In this document: positions 47,318 to 56,796 of the stretch, one piece after another
How the letters are laid out: every line of letters starts with the position of its first letter
Numbering within the stretch: position 1 is the stretch's first letter
DNA from: Geobacter sp.
GTDB taxonomy: Bacteria > Desulfobacterota > Desulfuromonadia > Geobacterales > Geobacteraceae
Length of the DNA stretch: 64,000 bases
Reading direction: 5' to 3'
Assembly (NCBI GenBank): GCA_003499925.1
Contig: DNRQ01000007.1
Coordinates: 2,404 to 66,403 of the forward strand
Program-made: the position numbers and the translations under genes
The notes under the pieces: model-generated
Told to the model about the DNA's origin: nothing
The model's input: only the letters and a program-made list of their open reading frames with translations
Database searches by the model: none

Positions 47318-50300
47318 CTATTGCCTGTTCATCCATGCCGCCGCGTCCTTGACCGAGTTCTGGTCGAACTTGAAGCGGAAGCGCAGAAAGGGACCCCGGG
47401 CCGTGTAATCGGCCGCGGAAAAATCCTTGTCGCTGAAGCCGACCAGGTTGTAACCGAGGCTGATCCAGGCGTTCTCCACCACGTTGACCCCCACCGAGGG
47501 CCCGGCACTGTAGGCATACTGGCCGGAGCCCCAGGCATGCATGATGCTCGCCCTGAAGCCCAAATCCCAGCTCTTTGTCAGGTCGTAGCGCCCTTCGAAG
47601 CCGATCAGATCGGTGTAGCCGCTGTAGTCGGCGTGGTCGATGGCCTCGAAGGCGTACTTGGCGCCGTACTGCAGGGAGAGTTGCAGCCTCTGGTACGGCT
47701 TGCAGTTCGCGATCAGGTTGTTGACGATGCGCCGGCTATCCATGTCGACCGTGGCCTCCCCCCCCCGGTCCTGCTCCAGGATCAGGTCGAGGCGGTCCAG
47801 CAGTATCCAGCGCTGGGCCACGGGGCGGTAGGCCAGTCCCAGGCGCAGCTCGCCGCTGCTTTTCTTCTCCCCTGACGCCGCGTCGGAGTGGTAGAACCGG
47901 AGACGGGAGGACCCCCCCCAGCCGGGCGCCAGCTCGCCCACCAGCGAGGTGAGCACCCCCCGCTTGTTCTCGGAATCGGCGATCCTGGTCTCGACGCGGC
48001 TGCTGGCGCTCCACATCTTCTCCTGATAGCTCGCGCCGAGGGAGAGCGCGGTGAAATCCTCGCTGCTCCCCACGGCGGGAGCCGCGTTGGCGTTGACGCT
48101 GTACGACTGCGACCCCTTCACGGTCTGGCTCCGGTCCAGGCCGCCGTCCACGCTCCACTTGTCGTTCAGCTTCCAGAGCTGCTTCAGCCCGAACAGGGCG
48201 AAGAGCCGCTCGCCGTTCTCGTTCAGGTTCCTCTGCATCCCCGTGTGGGCCGCCCCCCCCTCCCAGAGCGTCGATTTCAGGCCGACGCTGGTGTTGCTGC
48301 TGCTCCCGGCGTCTCCGGAGCTGAATTCCTGCTGGCCGGAGAGGACCAGCTTCGGGGTGATCTTGTAGTCGGCGCCGAACGCGGTGCGGGTCGGGAAACT
48401 GACGTTGCCGTTTTGGCCCAGGGACTGGTCGTGATCGACATGCAGGTTCAGCTTCTTGTTCAGGGTGAGCCAGTTCGCCCCGGCAATGAGCTGCTGCGAA
48501 CTCTTGCTGCTCCCGTCCTCCAGCAGGTCGCTGGCGTAACGCCCCCCCAGCGAGAGTCCGTACTGCTCGGCGGTGTAGATTCCCTTCGCTTCCACCACGT
48601 TGCTCACCGCTCCGGTGGCCAGGTTGTACTGGCGGTACGCCTGCTCGTTCAGGGTGAAGCGCTCCTTGATCTTGTAGGAGGCGTCGACGCCGAGCTTGCG
48701 GGTCCCTTCCTCCGTGGCGCTCTGCTGCCCCAGGCCGAATCCCTCTCCCAGCTCCCGGAAATAGAGCCGGGCGTTCAGCTCCGTCGAGCGCTGCTCCAGT
48801 TCCGCCAGGTATGAACTGCCGCTTCGCCTGACTCCGGCGAAGTCGGTGCCGCTGCCGGCAGCCTCGCCCCGCACCCTGAGTTCCCTGTTGATCTGCCAGA
48901 GGAGGTCCACCCCGAACAGGTCCCCGTGCGCGTTCAGCTGCCCCTCGTGGATGTAGGAGAGCCCCCCCTTCACGTTGTCGTCCCTGAACTTGGCCCCGAC
49001 CCTGCCACCCAGGGTCAGGGAGTCCGCGCCCCGGTTCTCCGTCTCGTAGTCGATCACGATGTAGACCGGGTTGAACTGGGAATCGGTGCTGGAAACGGGG
49101 GCCTTGAAGAAGATGGTCCCGGCGTCGTAGTCGATCGTGTAGTCGGCAAAGCGCGCCAGGGTGGTCGAGGCGAGCACGATCTCGCTGCGGTAGCGGTCCC
49201 TGGTTTCGATGCGCACCTTCTCCGAGCTGAGCGCGATCTCCCTGCGCGTCAGCCGGTACAGGCCGGAGGTGCCGTCGCCGCGCAACTCGTCCTTGACGAA
49301 GAGCTGGCCGGTATTGCTGCCGAACAGCTTGAACTCCAGGTTCTCCCCCTGGTACTCCGACTTGAGCCCGTTCAGGGTGCGGCTGTAACGCGACAGCTCG
49401 GTCACGGTGAGCCCGGTGTCGTAATCGCCGAAGAGCGCGTAGAACCGGTCCCTCTCGATCTTCAGGTAGAGCTTGTCCGTGCTGGCCGCCTCGTTTTGCT
49501 GCTGACTCGCGTCCCCGTACAGGGTGTAGTAGCTGTCGGGATCGATGGTCTGGAACAGCCCCTCGCCGACCGCCGGTTTCCCCTTGGCGGAGTCGAAGGC
49601 CAGGGTCAGCAGCCATTTCCCCTGGATGGTCCCCTTGGCGAACAGCGCCAGCCTGCCGTCCTGGTAGAGACTCTCTTCAGGGGCGTCGGCGCTCACGGGA
49701 GTCATCTTCCCCGAGATGGCGCGGTACCCGAAGGTCCCCTCGCCAATCCCCACCAGTATCCAGTCGCGCTGCTCCGGGGTGAGCCAGACCCTGTACTGCT
49801 CGTCCCGCTCGTTGAGCGGAACGGTGAGCTGCACCTCGCCGGAGCGGCTGGTCGGCTGCAGCCGGATCAGCGCCACCCCCTCCTTGCCGACCAGGTACTG
49901 CACCCCGTTTTTCTCCAGCGGGTCGTTCCCCATGTTGTCGGCGAGCTTCCTGAACGGTTGGTACGGGGAGGCCACCGAAAACTTCCCTGCCACCCCGGAG
50001 CGGGCCGGCGCGTCGTCCTTGTCCAGAAGGCGCAGGGCGATCACGGGAGGAGTCTTGCCGTCGGCCACCAGCCTGGAGAGCTCCGGGACCAGTTCGGCCT
50101 TCACCGGTGCGGTGGAAACGTGGACCACCCGCTCCAGCACCGTTTTCTCGCCGCCAGCCTGCAGCAGCACCGCGACCAGCCGGTTGTCCCCGTATTTCAG
50201 GGGGACACCGCGCCAGTAGGAGAGTCCGCTGCTCCCGGACGGGTTTTTCAGGACCTTCTCCAGGAGCACCGGGTGCACCGGCTCGCCGTTCACCGAGAGG

Positions 50301-53300
50301 CTCACCTTGTCGGTCGGGTGGTGCATGACGGCGATGTGGGTGCTGGTGATGGCAGGGAAGTAGACGGCGGGGGGCCAGGCCCAGTCGCGCCCCTGCTCGC
50401 TGTTTTCCAGCCAGGCCTGATCGAAAACCGGTACCTGCTCGTCATCTTCGCCCTGTTCCGTCTCCGTCGTTTCCAGGGCCTCGGCCTCCCCGCTGTCGGC
50501 ATCCGGCGCGGCATCGGTCTCCGCCCGGTCGGCATCGGAGAGCGCCCGGTCGGCATGGGAGATGGTCGGCTCGGTATGGGAGAGCACCTCGGCTTCCGGG
50601 GCAGCTTTTGCAGCTGCGGCACCGGCCGCTGTCGCGCCTGCCACCGGTGCCCCTGCATCGAGCCCGGTGACCGCCTGAACTGCCGCGGCACCGGCGCCCG
50701 CTACCGCCCATAGCACCGACCCCGCGCCGGACAGCGCGGATTCTCCGGCCGGGACTCCCTGCCCCGCAGGCTTGTCCCCTGCCGTCGCATCCGCCTGCAC
50801 GGGGAGTTCCGCCGCCGCCGGCTTCGGGGGAGGCCGGCGGCGCTGCACGGTGCTGAAACTCGTCTTGAGCATGCCGCTGTCGTCCTTCACCTGCTTGAAC
50901 AGGGTGGTCTCGGTGCGGCGTTCCGCCAGCACCCGGATCTCGACGCGGCGGTTCAGGGCGCGCCCCTTTTCGGTCTTGTTGCTGGTGGCCGGCTCGCTCT
51001 CGCCCATCCCCGCGACCTTCAGCATCTCCGGCGGCAGCTGCAGTTTCTTCATCAGATACTGCCCGATGCTGTTGGCCCGGGCCAGCGAGAGCGCCTTGTT
51101 GTCGCGGTAGGTGCTCTTGCCGCGTGCGGAGATGCGTACGCTGTCCGTGTGGCCGGTAACCGTGATCTGGGCGATGGTGACCTCCGACAACGTGGCGGCG
51201 AGCCGGTCCAGCTTGTCCTTGTCCTCGGGGATCAGATCGGCGCTGAAGGTGGGGAATTGCGGGTGCAGCACGATCTCCGGCAGGGCGATCCGGTTTTCCT
51301 TGCGGTCCAGGTCCAGCAGGTTCATGGCCGGCGGCGTCGAGAGTCTGTCGCCCCGGGGGGTGTCGAAGGAGAGCAGCGCGCTGGTCAGTTGTCCCCCGGC
51401 GCGCACCTTCCGGTTCAGGCTGGCGCGCAACGTGATGATACTCTCCCACTCTCCGCTGCTGTCGGGGAGTGCGAAGGAGAGCTTGTCGCCGTCCCGGTCA
51501 GGGTCGGCGACCGGGATCCCTTCCAGGTCGCAGCTCCCGGGGATGTAGCTCACCCCCGCCGGCAACTGCACGGTGAGCCGCAGCCGGGAGAGGGGCGCCG
51601 GCCCCCCACCCAGCAGGGCCTGGTAGGTGACCGACTCACCCTGCACCACGCTCCTCAGTGCGATGCCCGCCTCGGAGTGGATGGTCTCCTCGACCACCGG
51701 CTCGGGCGGCGCGGGTTCGGGCGGAACCGGGATCACCGGGGCCGGTGCGGGCGGCGGCGGCGCAGGCGCAGGCGCAGGCGCAGGCGCGGGCTTCACCCGG
51801 GGGACCTTCTCGGGCGCCTCGCGCTCGACCTGGAAATCGACCCGCCACATCGAGCCCCCCTGCAGGTCGACGAACTGGGAGAAGGGCCTGCCGGCGAAAC
51901 GGCTGTTCTGCTGGCACGCCACCACCCGGTATCCGGCGGGGAGGGACTGGAGGTCGAGCTGAGCCACATGGCTCCCGGGCAGCACCCCCTCGAAATGGAA
52001 CATCCCCCTCTTGTCGGTCACCACGAAGCTGCCGTCCTCAAGGTAGATCCTGACCCCCTTGAGGCCGGACCCCTCGCTGCCGCAGGCCCCCTCGGTCACG
52101 CTCCCCATCAGGAAGGCGCGGGAGGCGAACAGGTCCTCGGTGATCTTGAGCGATGCCGTGGCGAGGTTGGAGGTGACGTCGGCGCTGACGTTTCGGCCGG
52201 TTGCGGAAACCTCGTTGCTGATGGTCCCCGGACGCGCCCCCGGGATCACCCGGGTCACATAGCTGATGCCGACCAGTTCCGCCGGCGCCAGGTCGCCGAC
52301 CGGGAAGCTCAGCGTCGCTCCGTCGGAGGAGACAGCCGGGTCGGGGGCCGCGACCCCCGCCAGCCGCAGCGAGCCGGGCTGGTAGCGAAGGCCCGCCGGC
52401 AGCCGGTCGGTCATCACGATGCCGGTGATGGCGGCCTGGCTGGTGTTGCTCACGCCGACGCTGAACGGGACGAAATCCCCCAGGGCCGCCGTTGTCTTGC
52501 CGGAGTGCTTCTGCAGCCAAAGGCCGGTGGCGATCGGGTCGAGCGGGATGTCGATCCGGATGATCGGCCCGGGGTTCACCTCGAAGCTGGCGCCGCGCGA
52601 GGCCGGGGAGAGCGCGTAGGGGGCGCCGGCAAGCAGCGCCAGGTCGGCGTCGGAGCGCGTGGAAGGGAACCGGTAGTTGGAACCGGGGGGTATCTGCACC
52701 GAAAGCCGGTAGCTTCCGGTCGCCAGCAGCGGAAACCGGTAGGCCCCCGGGGCGAAGTCGTAGCTCCTTCCTCCCTGGTCCGAGGCGGTGCCGCCGCTTG
52801 TCACCCGGTCGGGGTAGTCGCTCACCCCGTCGTCCCCCAGGACCGGCGCAACGCTGCCGTTGTCGTAGCTGAGGATGACGGTGACGCCGTCCACCGGCTG
52901 GCCGGTGACGCTGTCGAAGAGCCTTCCTGTCGGGTCGACCAGGGCCGAGGCCTCTACGGCATCCGCGGCATCGGCGGAATCGTGGTAGCGTGCCAGAACC
53001 CGGGCTGCATCGGCCACGGTCAGCGTGCCGTCGTAGCGGACCGGGCCGCCGCTCTTCTGGGCGGCCAGGATGTAGCCGGCGAAGATGCCGGTGTCCGGCC
53101 CGGTTTCGGTCAGCGTCAGCAGTTCCTGGTCTCCCGTGGAGCTGGTGATTTCGACCGTTACGCTCTGCGCGCTCTCGGCGCTCAGGTTTTGTCTGGCGGC
53201 GCTGACCACCAGGTAGATCGGCTGGCCGGCGTGGAAATAGATCTCCTCGTGCAGCGGGGTCGGTGCGCCCGGGTCGCGCGGCGCCGGGATCCCGATCAGG

Positions 53301-53683
53301 GCCCCGCTGGCGCTGCCGCTGCTGTACGAGGTGACCGGCACCGTCGTGCTGAGCTCGGCGTTGTCCGGGGCGTAGCGGTACAGCTTGATGGCCGGCTTGG
53401 CGGGAGAGTCGCTGACCAGGAAGGAGTCGACGTTGGAGAGGCTGCTGAGTTCCAGCCCGGCGTAGCCGTAGCTCGCCGAGGCCTGGTTCACGATCGGGGT
53501 GTCGGGCGGCGTCCCGCCGCAGGCAGATGGCGGCAGCAGGAGCGCGAAGAGGGCCGAAAGGACGAGGAGCGTCGAGACCAGGCAAAGCGGCAGCGCGCGG
53601 CTCCCCCTGTGGATCGGGGAGCGCCGTAGCTGCAGGCAGGACCAGGAGGCGATCCCGTATGCGTGCTGCCTTCTTAGCGCCAA
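47318..53683 (-). CDS. Large outer-membrane protein with DUF11 domains, OmpA peptidoglycan-binding domain and probable C-terminal beta-barrel
   Basis: GHTDS..NKALSLARA..GRALNRRVEI; DUF11-like LQKH..GDFVPFSVGVSN..DRLPAGL; long amphipathic beta C-terminus; start uncertain. Confidence 0.85.
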   Translation of the reverse strand: MALRRQHAYGIASWSCLQLRRSPIHRGSRALPLCLVSTLLVLSALFALLLPPSACGGTPPDTPIVNQASASYGYAGLELSSLSNVDSFLVSDSPAKPAIKLYRYAPDNAELSTTVPVTSYSSGSASGALIGIPAPRDPGAPTPLHEEIYFHAGQPIYLVVSAARQNLSAESAQSVTVEITSSTGDQELLTLTETGPDTGIFAGYILAAQKSGGPVRYDGTLTVADAARVLARYHDSADAADAVEASALVDPTGRLFDSVTGQPVDGVTVILSYDNGSVAPVLGDDGVSDYPDRVTSGGTASDQGGRSYDFAPGAYRFPLLATGSYRLSVQIPPGSNYRFPSTRSDADLALLAGAPYALSPASRGASFEVNPGPIIRIDIPLDPIATGLWLQKHSGKTTAALGDFVPFSVGVSNTSQAAITGIVMTDRLPAGLRYQPGSLRLAGVAAPDPAVSSDGATLSFPVGDLAPAELVGISYVTRVIPGARPGTISNEVSATGRNVSADVTSNLATASLKITEDLFASRAFLMGSVTEGACGSEGSGLKGVRIYLEDGSFVVTDKRGMFHFEGVLPGSHVAQLDLQSLPAGYRVVACQQNSRFAGRPFSQFVDLQGGSMWRVDFQVEREAPEKVPRVKPAPAPAPAPAPPPPAPAPVIPVPPEPAPPEPVVEETIHSEAGIALRSVVQGESVTYQALLGGGPAPLSRLRLTVQLPAGVSYIPGSCDLEGIPVADPDRDGDKLSFALPDSSGEWESIITLRASLNRKVRAGGQLTSALLSFDTPRGDRLSTPPAMNLLDLDRKENRIALPEIVLHPQFPTFSADLIPEDKDKLDRLAATLSEVTIAQITVTGHTDSVRISARGKSTYRDNKALSLARANSIGQYLMKKLQLPPEMLKVAGMGESEPATSNKTEKGRALNRRVEIRVLAERRTETTLFKQVKDDSGMLKTSFSTVQRRRPPPKPAAAELPVQADATAGDKPAGQGVPAGESALSGAGSVLWAVAGAGAAAVQAVTGLDAGAPVAGATAAGAAAAKAAPEAEVLSHTEPTISHADRALSDADRAETDAAPDADSGEAEALETTETEQGEDDEQVPVFDQAWLENSEQGRDWAWPPAVYFPAITSTHIAVMHHPTDKVSLSVNGEPVHPVLLEKVLKNPSGSSGLSYWRGVPLKYGDNRLVAVLLQAGGEKTVLERVVHVSTAPVKAELVPELSRLVADGKTPPVIALRLLDKDDAPARSGVAGKFSVASPYQPFRKLADNMGNDPLEKNGVQYLVGKEGVALIRLQPTSRSGEVQLTVPLNERDEQYRVWLTPEQRDWILVGIGEGTFGYRAISGKMTPVSADAPEESLYQDGRLALFAKGTIQGKWLLTLAFDSAKGKPAVGEGLFQTIDPDSYYTLYGDASQQQNEAASTDKLYLKIERDRFYALFGDYDTGLTVTELSRYSRTLNGLKSEYQGENLEFKLFGSNTGQLFVKDELRGDGTSGLYRLTRREIALSSEKVRIETRDRYRSEIVLASTTLARFADYTIDYDAGTIFFKAPVSSTDSQFNPVYIVIDYETENRGADSLTLGGRVGAKFRDDNVKGGLSYIHEGQLNAHGDLFGVDLLWQINRELRVRGEAAGSGTDFAGVRRSGSSYLAELEQRSTELNARLYFRELGEGFGLGQQSATEEGTRKLGVDASYKIKERFTLNEQAYRQYNLATGAVSNVVEAKGIYTAEQYGLSLGGRYASDLLEDGSSKSSQQLIAGANWLTLNKKLNLHVDHDQSLGQNGNVSFPTRTAFGADYKITPKLVLSGQQEFSSGDAGSSSNTSVGLKSTLWEGGAAHTGMQRNLNENGERLFALFGLKQLWKLNDKWSVDGGLDRSQTVKGSQSYSVNANAAPAVGSSEDFTALSLGASYQEKMWSASSRVETRIADSENKRGVLTSLVGELAPGWGGSSRLRFYHSDAASGEKKSSGELRLGLAYRPVAQRWILLDRLDLILEQDRGGEATVDMDSRRIVNNLIANCKPYQRLQLSLQYGAKYAFEAIDHADYSGYTDLIGFEGRYDLTKSWDLGFRASIMHAWGSGQYAYSAGPSVGVNVVENAWISLGYNLVGFSDKDFSAADYTARGPFLRFRFKFDQNSVKDAAAWMNRQ

Positions 53684-53842
53684 GGGCTCTCGTTTTTCGG
53701 GTAGTTGCCGGTCCCGCAGATCGACTGCGGGACCGGGTGGTTACATCTTTACAGTTTCTGATGAACGCTCACGCGCATCTCGCGCCACCAACTCTCCTCC
53801 CCCCGGAGGGGGGAGGTCGGGAGGGGGGAGGAAGCGCTTCAG

Positions 53843-55021
53843 CTACTTGATCGCGACGTTGAAGGTCAGGGTCACCGACTCTCCCGGCTTCAGCTCGCCA
53901 GCCAGGTAGTCGGGCAACTGTTCGGGGAGCAGCGTTTCGAATTCAAACACCAGGTTCTGCCCGGTTACCGTGACGCCGCTCCCTGCACTGTAGTAGCTGG
54001 GCGAGGCGACCGTCCTGCCGACTCCGGGGGTGGTTTTGGCGTAGCCGACCATGAAGCTCTTGCCCGCTGCCGAGATTGCGGTCGGGGCAGCGGTATCGAG
54101 CGCGTTGCCGACCAGGTCCGGGTCAAGGACGGTGTTGCCGTTCAGCAGGTCCTGGATGGTGGTGAGGTTAGCCGATGCCAGGGCGGTCCCGGCGTTGGCG
54201 ATGGTGATCTCGTACTGGACGTAGGAGCCCGGGATGCTGCGGGGGGTCGCGTTGAAGTTGACCGGATCCCAGATCACCCTGGAGAGCTTGTTGACCGTGA
54301 GCACCGGGGCGGTGATCCGGAATGCCCCTGCCACCAGCTCGCTGTTGTCCCGGCCCGTGTCGGCAAAGACGGTGAAGATGGCGTTCCCTGGGACGGTGCC
54401 GTTGATGTCGGTCACGGCGCCGTCGATGACTGCACCTGCTCCGGCGCCGTGGCCGTGGAGCGCCGTTGCAGCGAGGGTGAGTCCCGCCACGTTGGCATTG
54501 ATCTGCGGGGTCGGGAAGTTTCCGACGATGAACACGGTGACGGTGGCGTCCTGTGCCACCTCGTCCAGGAGGTGGCCGGCGGTGATATCGGTATCGCCGG
54601 AGTCGAAGGAGCCGGCGACGCTGCCGTTGTCCAGGTAGAGACGCACGCCGGCCGCGTCGATGTTGTCGGTTGCCCCGAAGACGGTGCCGCCGGTGAGCTG
54701 CGCCACCGTGAGGTCGAAGTCCTGGGTGTCGTTCCCCTGGTTGGTGACGGTGAACTTGAGAGCCTGGTCGGTGGAGCCGGGAAGCACGTCGATAAAGCTG
54801 GCGGGGACGTTGGTCACGTTGAAGTTGACCTTCCGGTCCACGTTGAACTTGGTCTGCGTCGAGGTCGAGGTGGGCTGAACGAAGCCGCCGACCTTGTAGG
54901 CGAGGGTCGCCTCGTTGGTGATCTCGGTGCCGGCCGGGGTGAGCGCTGCCAGCGCTGTCTGTGCTGCCGCAAGCGGCAGTGCCAGGGCCGCCAGCAGCAG
55001 GGCAATTTTCGTTGCTTTCAT
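53843..55021 (-). CDS. Secreted DUF11-type beta-sandwich protein
   Basis: AAAGGAGA RBS, signal peptide, TPAGTEITNEATLAY, FTVTNQGN, IPGSYVQYEITIAN. Confidence 0.8.
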   Translation of the reverse strand: MKATKIALLLAALALPLAAAQTALAALTPAGTEITNEATLAYKVGGFVQPTSTSTQTKFNVDRKVNFNVTNVPASFIDVLPGSTDQALKFTVTNQGNDTQDFDLTVAQLTGGTVFGATDNIDAAGVRLYLDNGSVAGSFDSGDTDITAGHLLDEVAQDATVTVFIVGNFPTPQINANVAGLTLAATALHGHGAGAGAVIDGAVTDINGTVPGNAIFTVFADTGRDNSELVAGAFRITAPVLTVNKLSRVIWDPVNFNATPRSIPGSYVQYEITIANAGTALASANLTTIQDLLNGNTVLDPDLVGNALDTAAPTAISAAGKSFMVGYAKTTPGVGRTVASPSYYSAGSGVTVTGQNLVFEFETLLPEQLPDYLAGELKPGESVTLTFNVAIK

Positions 55022-55109
55022 GGGAGTTCTCCTTTTTGATTAAAAGTGCAGCAATCTTGCAGGGTTATCCTCTCCCGGCGCTGCCTCGGGGAGCGCCGGG
55101 AGAAAGACC

Positions 55110-55601
55110 CTATTTCAGCCGGGCCCTGAAGCCGAGCTCCCCCTCCTTCCCGGCGGGAATCGGGTTCTTGAAGCTCCAGCGGATGTGGGTGTATTCCTCC
55201 GCCCTGGCGGTCCGCTTTTTCCCCTTCTCGGTCTTGACCAGCTTGCCGGGGGTCTCGAAGCTCTTTCCCTTGTCGAAGGAGAAGGTGATGGTTGCCCCCT
55301 CCCCGAAGGCGCTCCCGTCCAGGTAGGTCATGTGCTTGGGGACCGGGTTGCTGATGACGACGTCCTCCGCCGGCGCGCTCCCGGCGTTTTTGTAATGGTT
55401 CGTGAAGACGACCACGTCCCCCGGGACCACTTTTTCGGCGGGGGCGAGGGTAACGCTCTTCTTCCCTTCCTTCACCTCGACGACTTCCTTCTCCGAGCGT
55501 GAGGTAAGCTTCAGTTTGCCGTCCTCTGCAAATGCAGGCGAAAAGCTCGCGGCCGCCAGCAGCAGGGCCAGAGCGGTATTGGCGATGCGTGGGAACTTCA
55601 T
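55110..55601 (-). CDS. Small secreted DUF11-type protein
   Basis: AAGGAG RBS, signal peptide, VVPGDVVVFTNHYKNAG..VISNPVP..YLDGSA, YTHIRW. Confidence 0.8.
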   Translation of the reverse strand: MKFPRIANTALALLLAAASFSPAFAEDGKLKLTSRSEKEVVEVKEGKKSVTLAPAEKVVPGDVVVFTNHYKNAGSAPAEDVVISNPVPKHMTYLDGSAFGEGATITFSFDKGKSFETPGKLVKTEKGKKRTARAEEYTHIRWSFKNPIPAGKEGELGFRARLK

Positions 55602-55615
55602 GGTGCACTCCTTGA

Positions 55616-56590
55616 CTAGTTGATGGTTACCTGGAAGCTGACCGTGCTGGCCGCAGCTCCCGCTGCCACGTTACCCAGATTCACCGTGACGGTGCTGGGG
55701 GTGGTGATGTTGACGTCGCCGGCATCGTCGCTACCCGCATCGGTGAGCGGGGCACCGTTCAGCTGCATGGTGCTGGACTTGTAGGTGGTGTTGGCGGGGA
55801 TCGGGTCGACAATCTTGAGCCCGGTGGCGGTGCCGCTCCCGGAGACGGTAGCCTTGATGCTGTAGGTGACGGTGGCGCCCGGAACGGCCTGGCTGCCCCC
55901 CCAGGGGTCGGCGATCACGGAGGTTTTCTCGAGGGTCACGGTGACCGAGGAGATCACATAGGTACCCTGACCGGAGCTGGCGCCGTCCACGACGCCGAGA
56001 ACCGCATCGACGCCGCCGACACCTGCGCCCGGATATGCCGTGCCCAGGATGCCCGAATTGAAGATGTTGGACTGGGCCTGCACCTGGGTGATACCGGTGT
56101 TGGTGTTGGCCGCGGCGGGAATGTCGTTCAGCACGAAAACGGTCAATTCCTGACCGGCCGTCAGTGCGATGGCGGCGCCGGTGACGTAGGTCTGGTCGCC
56201 GGTGTTGTAGGCGCCGTCGCCGGTGCTGTCGAGAACGATGGAGGAGAAGGTGGGATCGAAGCTGTCGCCGGCAATGAGGTTGTTCACGGTAAGGATGAAG
56301 TTGTCCGGTCCGTTACCTTCGTTCTTGATACGGAAGCTGGTGGCCTGGCCCGTGGCGCTGGTTGCGACCGGTACCTGGCCGCCGTCCATGTTGGTCACCG
56401 ACACGTTGACGAGCTGGCTCACCTTGAAGGGTGTCGCGGAGGCATTCACGCTGTAGGCTGCGGCCCCCACGTTGTATCTAGCGGTGGCGGTGTTGGTGAT
56501 GCTGACGCCTGCGCCGGTCGCAGCCAGTGCTCCGGTTGCGTACATCATGACGCCGAGTGAGGCTGCTAACCCGAGAAGTTGTTTCTTCAT
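55616..56590 (-). CDS. Secreted DUF11-type beta-sandwich protein
   Basis: AAGGAGA RBS, signal peptide, TGAGVSITNTATARY, AVPGATVTYSI..IVDPIPANTTY. Confidence 0.8.
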   Translation of the reverse strand: MKKQLLGLAASLGVMMYATGALAATGAGVSITNTATARYNVGAAAYSVNASATPFKVSQLVNVSVTNMDGGQVPVATSATGQATSFRIKNEGNGPDNFILTVNNLIAGDSFDPTFSSIVLDSTGDGAYNTGDQTYVTGAAIALTAGQELTVFVLNDIPAAANTNTGITQVQAQSNIFNSGILGTAYPGAGVGGVDAVLGVVDGASSGQGTYVISSVTVTLEKTSVIADPWGGSQAVPGATVTYSIKATVSGSGTATGLKIVDPIPANTTYKSSTMQLNGAPLTDAGSDDAGDVNITTPSTVTVNLGNVAAGAAASTVSFQVTIN

Positions 56591-56796
56591 TTGTGTCTCC
56601 TTTTTTGATTGAAAAAATGAATGAAATGTCCTGCAATAAATGTCCTGCAACTAAAAGTCATCCACCTGCGGTTAAATCGTTGCGTCTTAAAATTCCTGCA
56701 GCTACCGGGATACTGCAACTGCCATGCAGCGCGTTGTCAGCGCTTTGCTTGCTTCACCTCCCTTGTAAGTTGTCTAAGCAGCTGATTCCTCCTTTG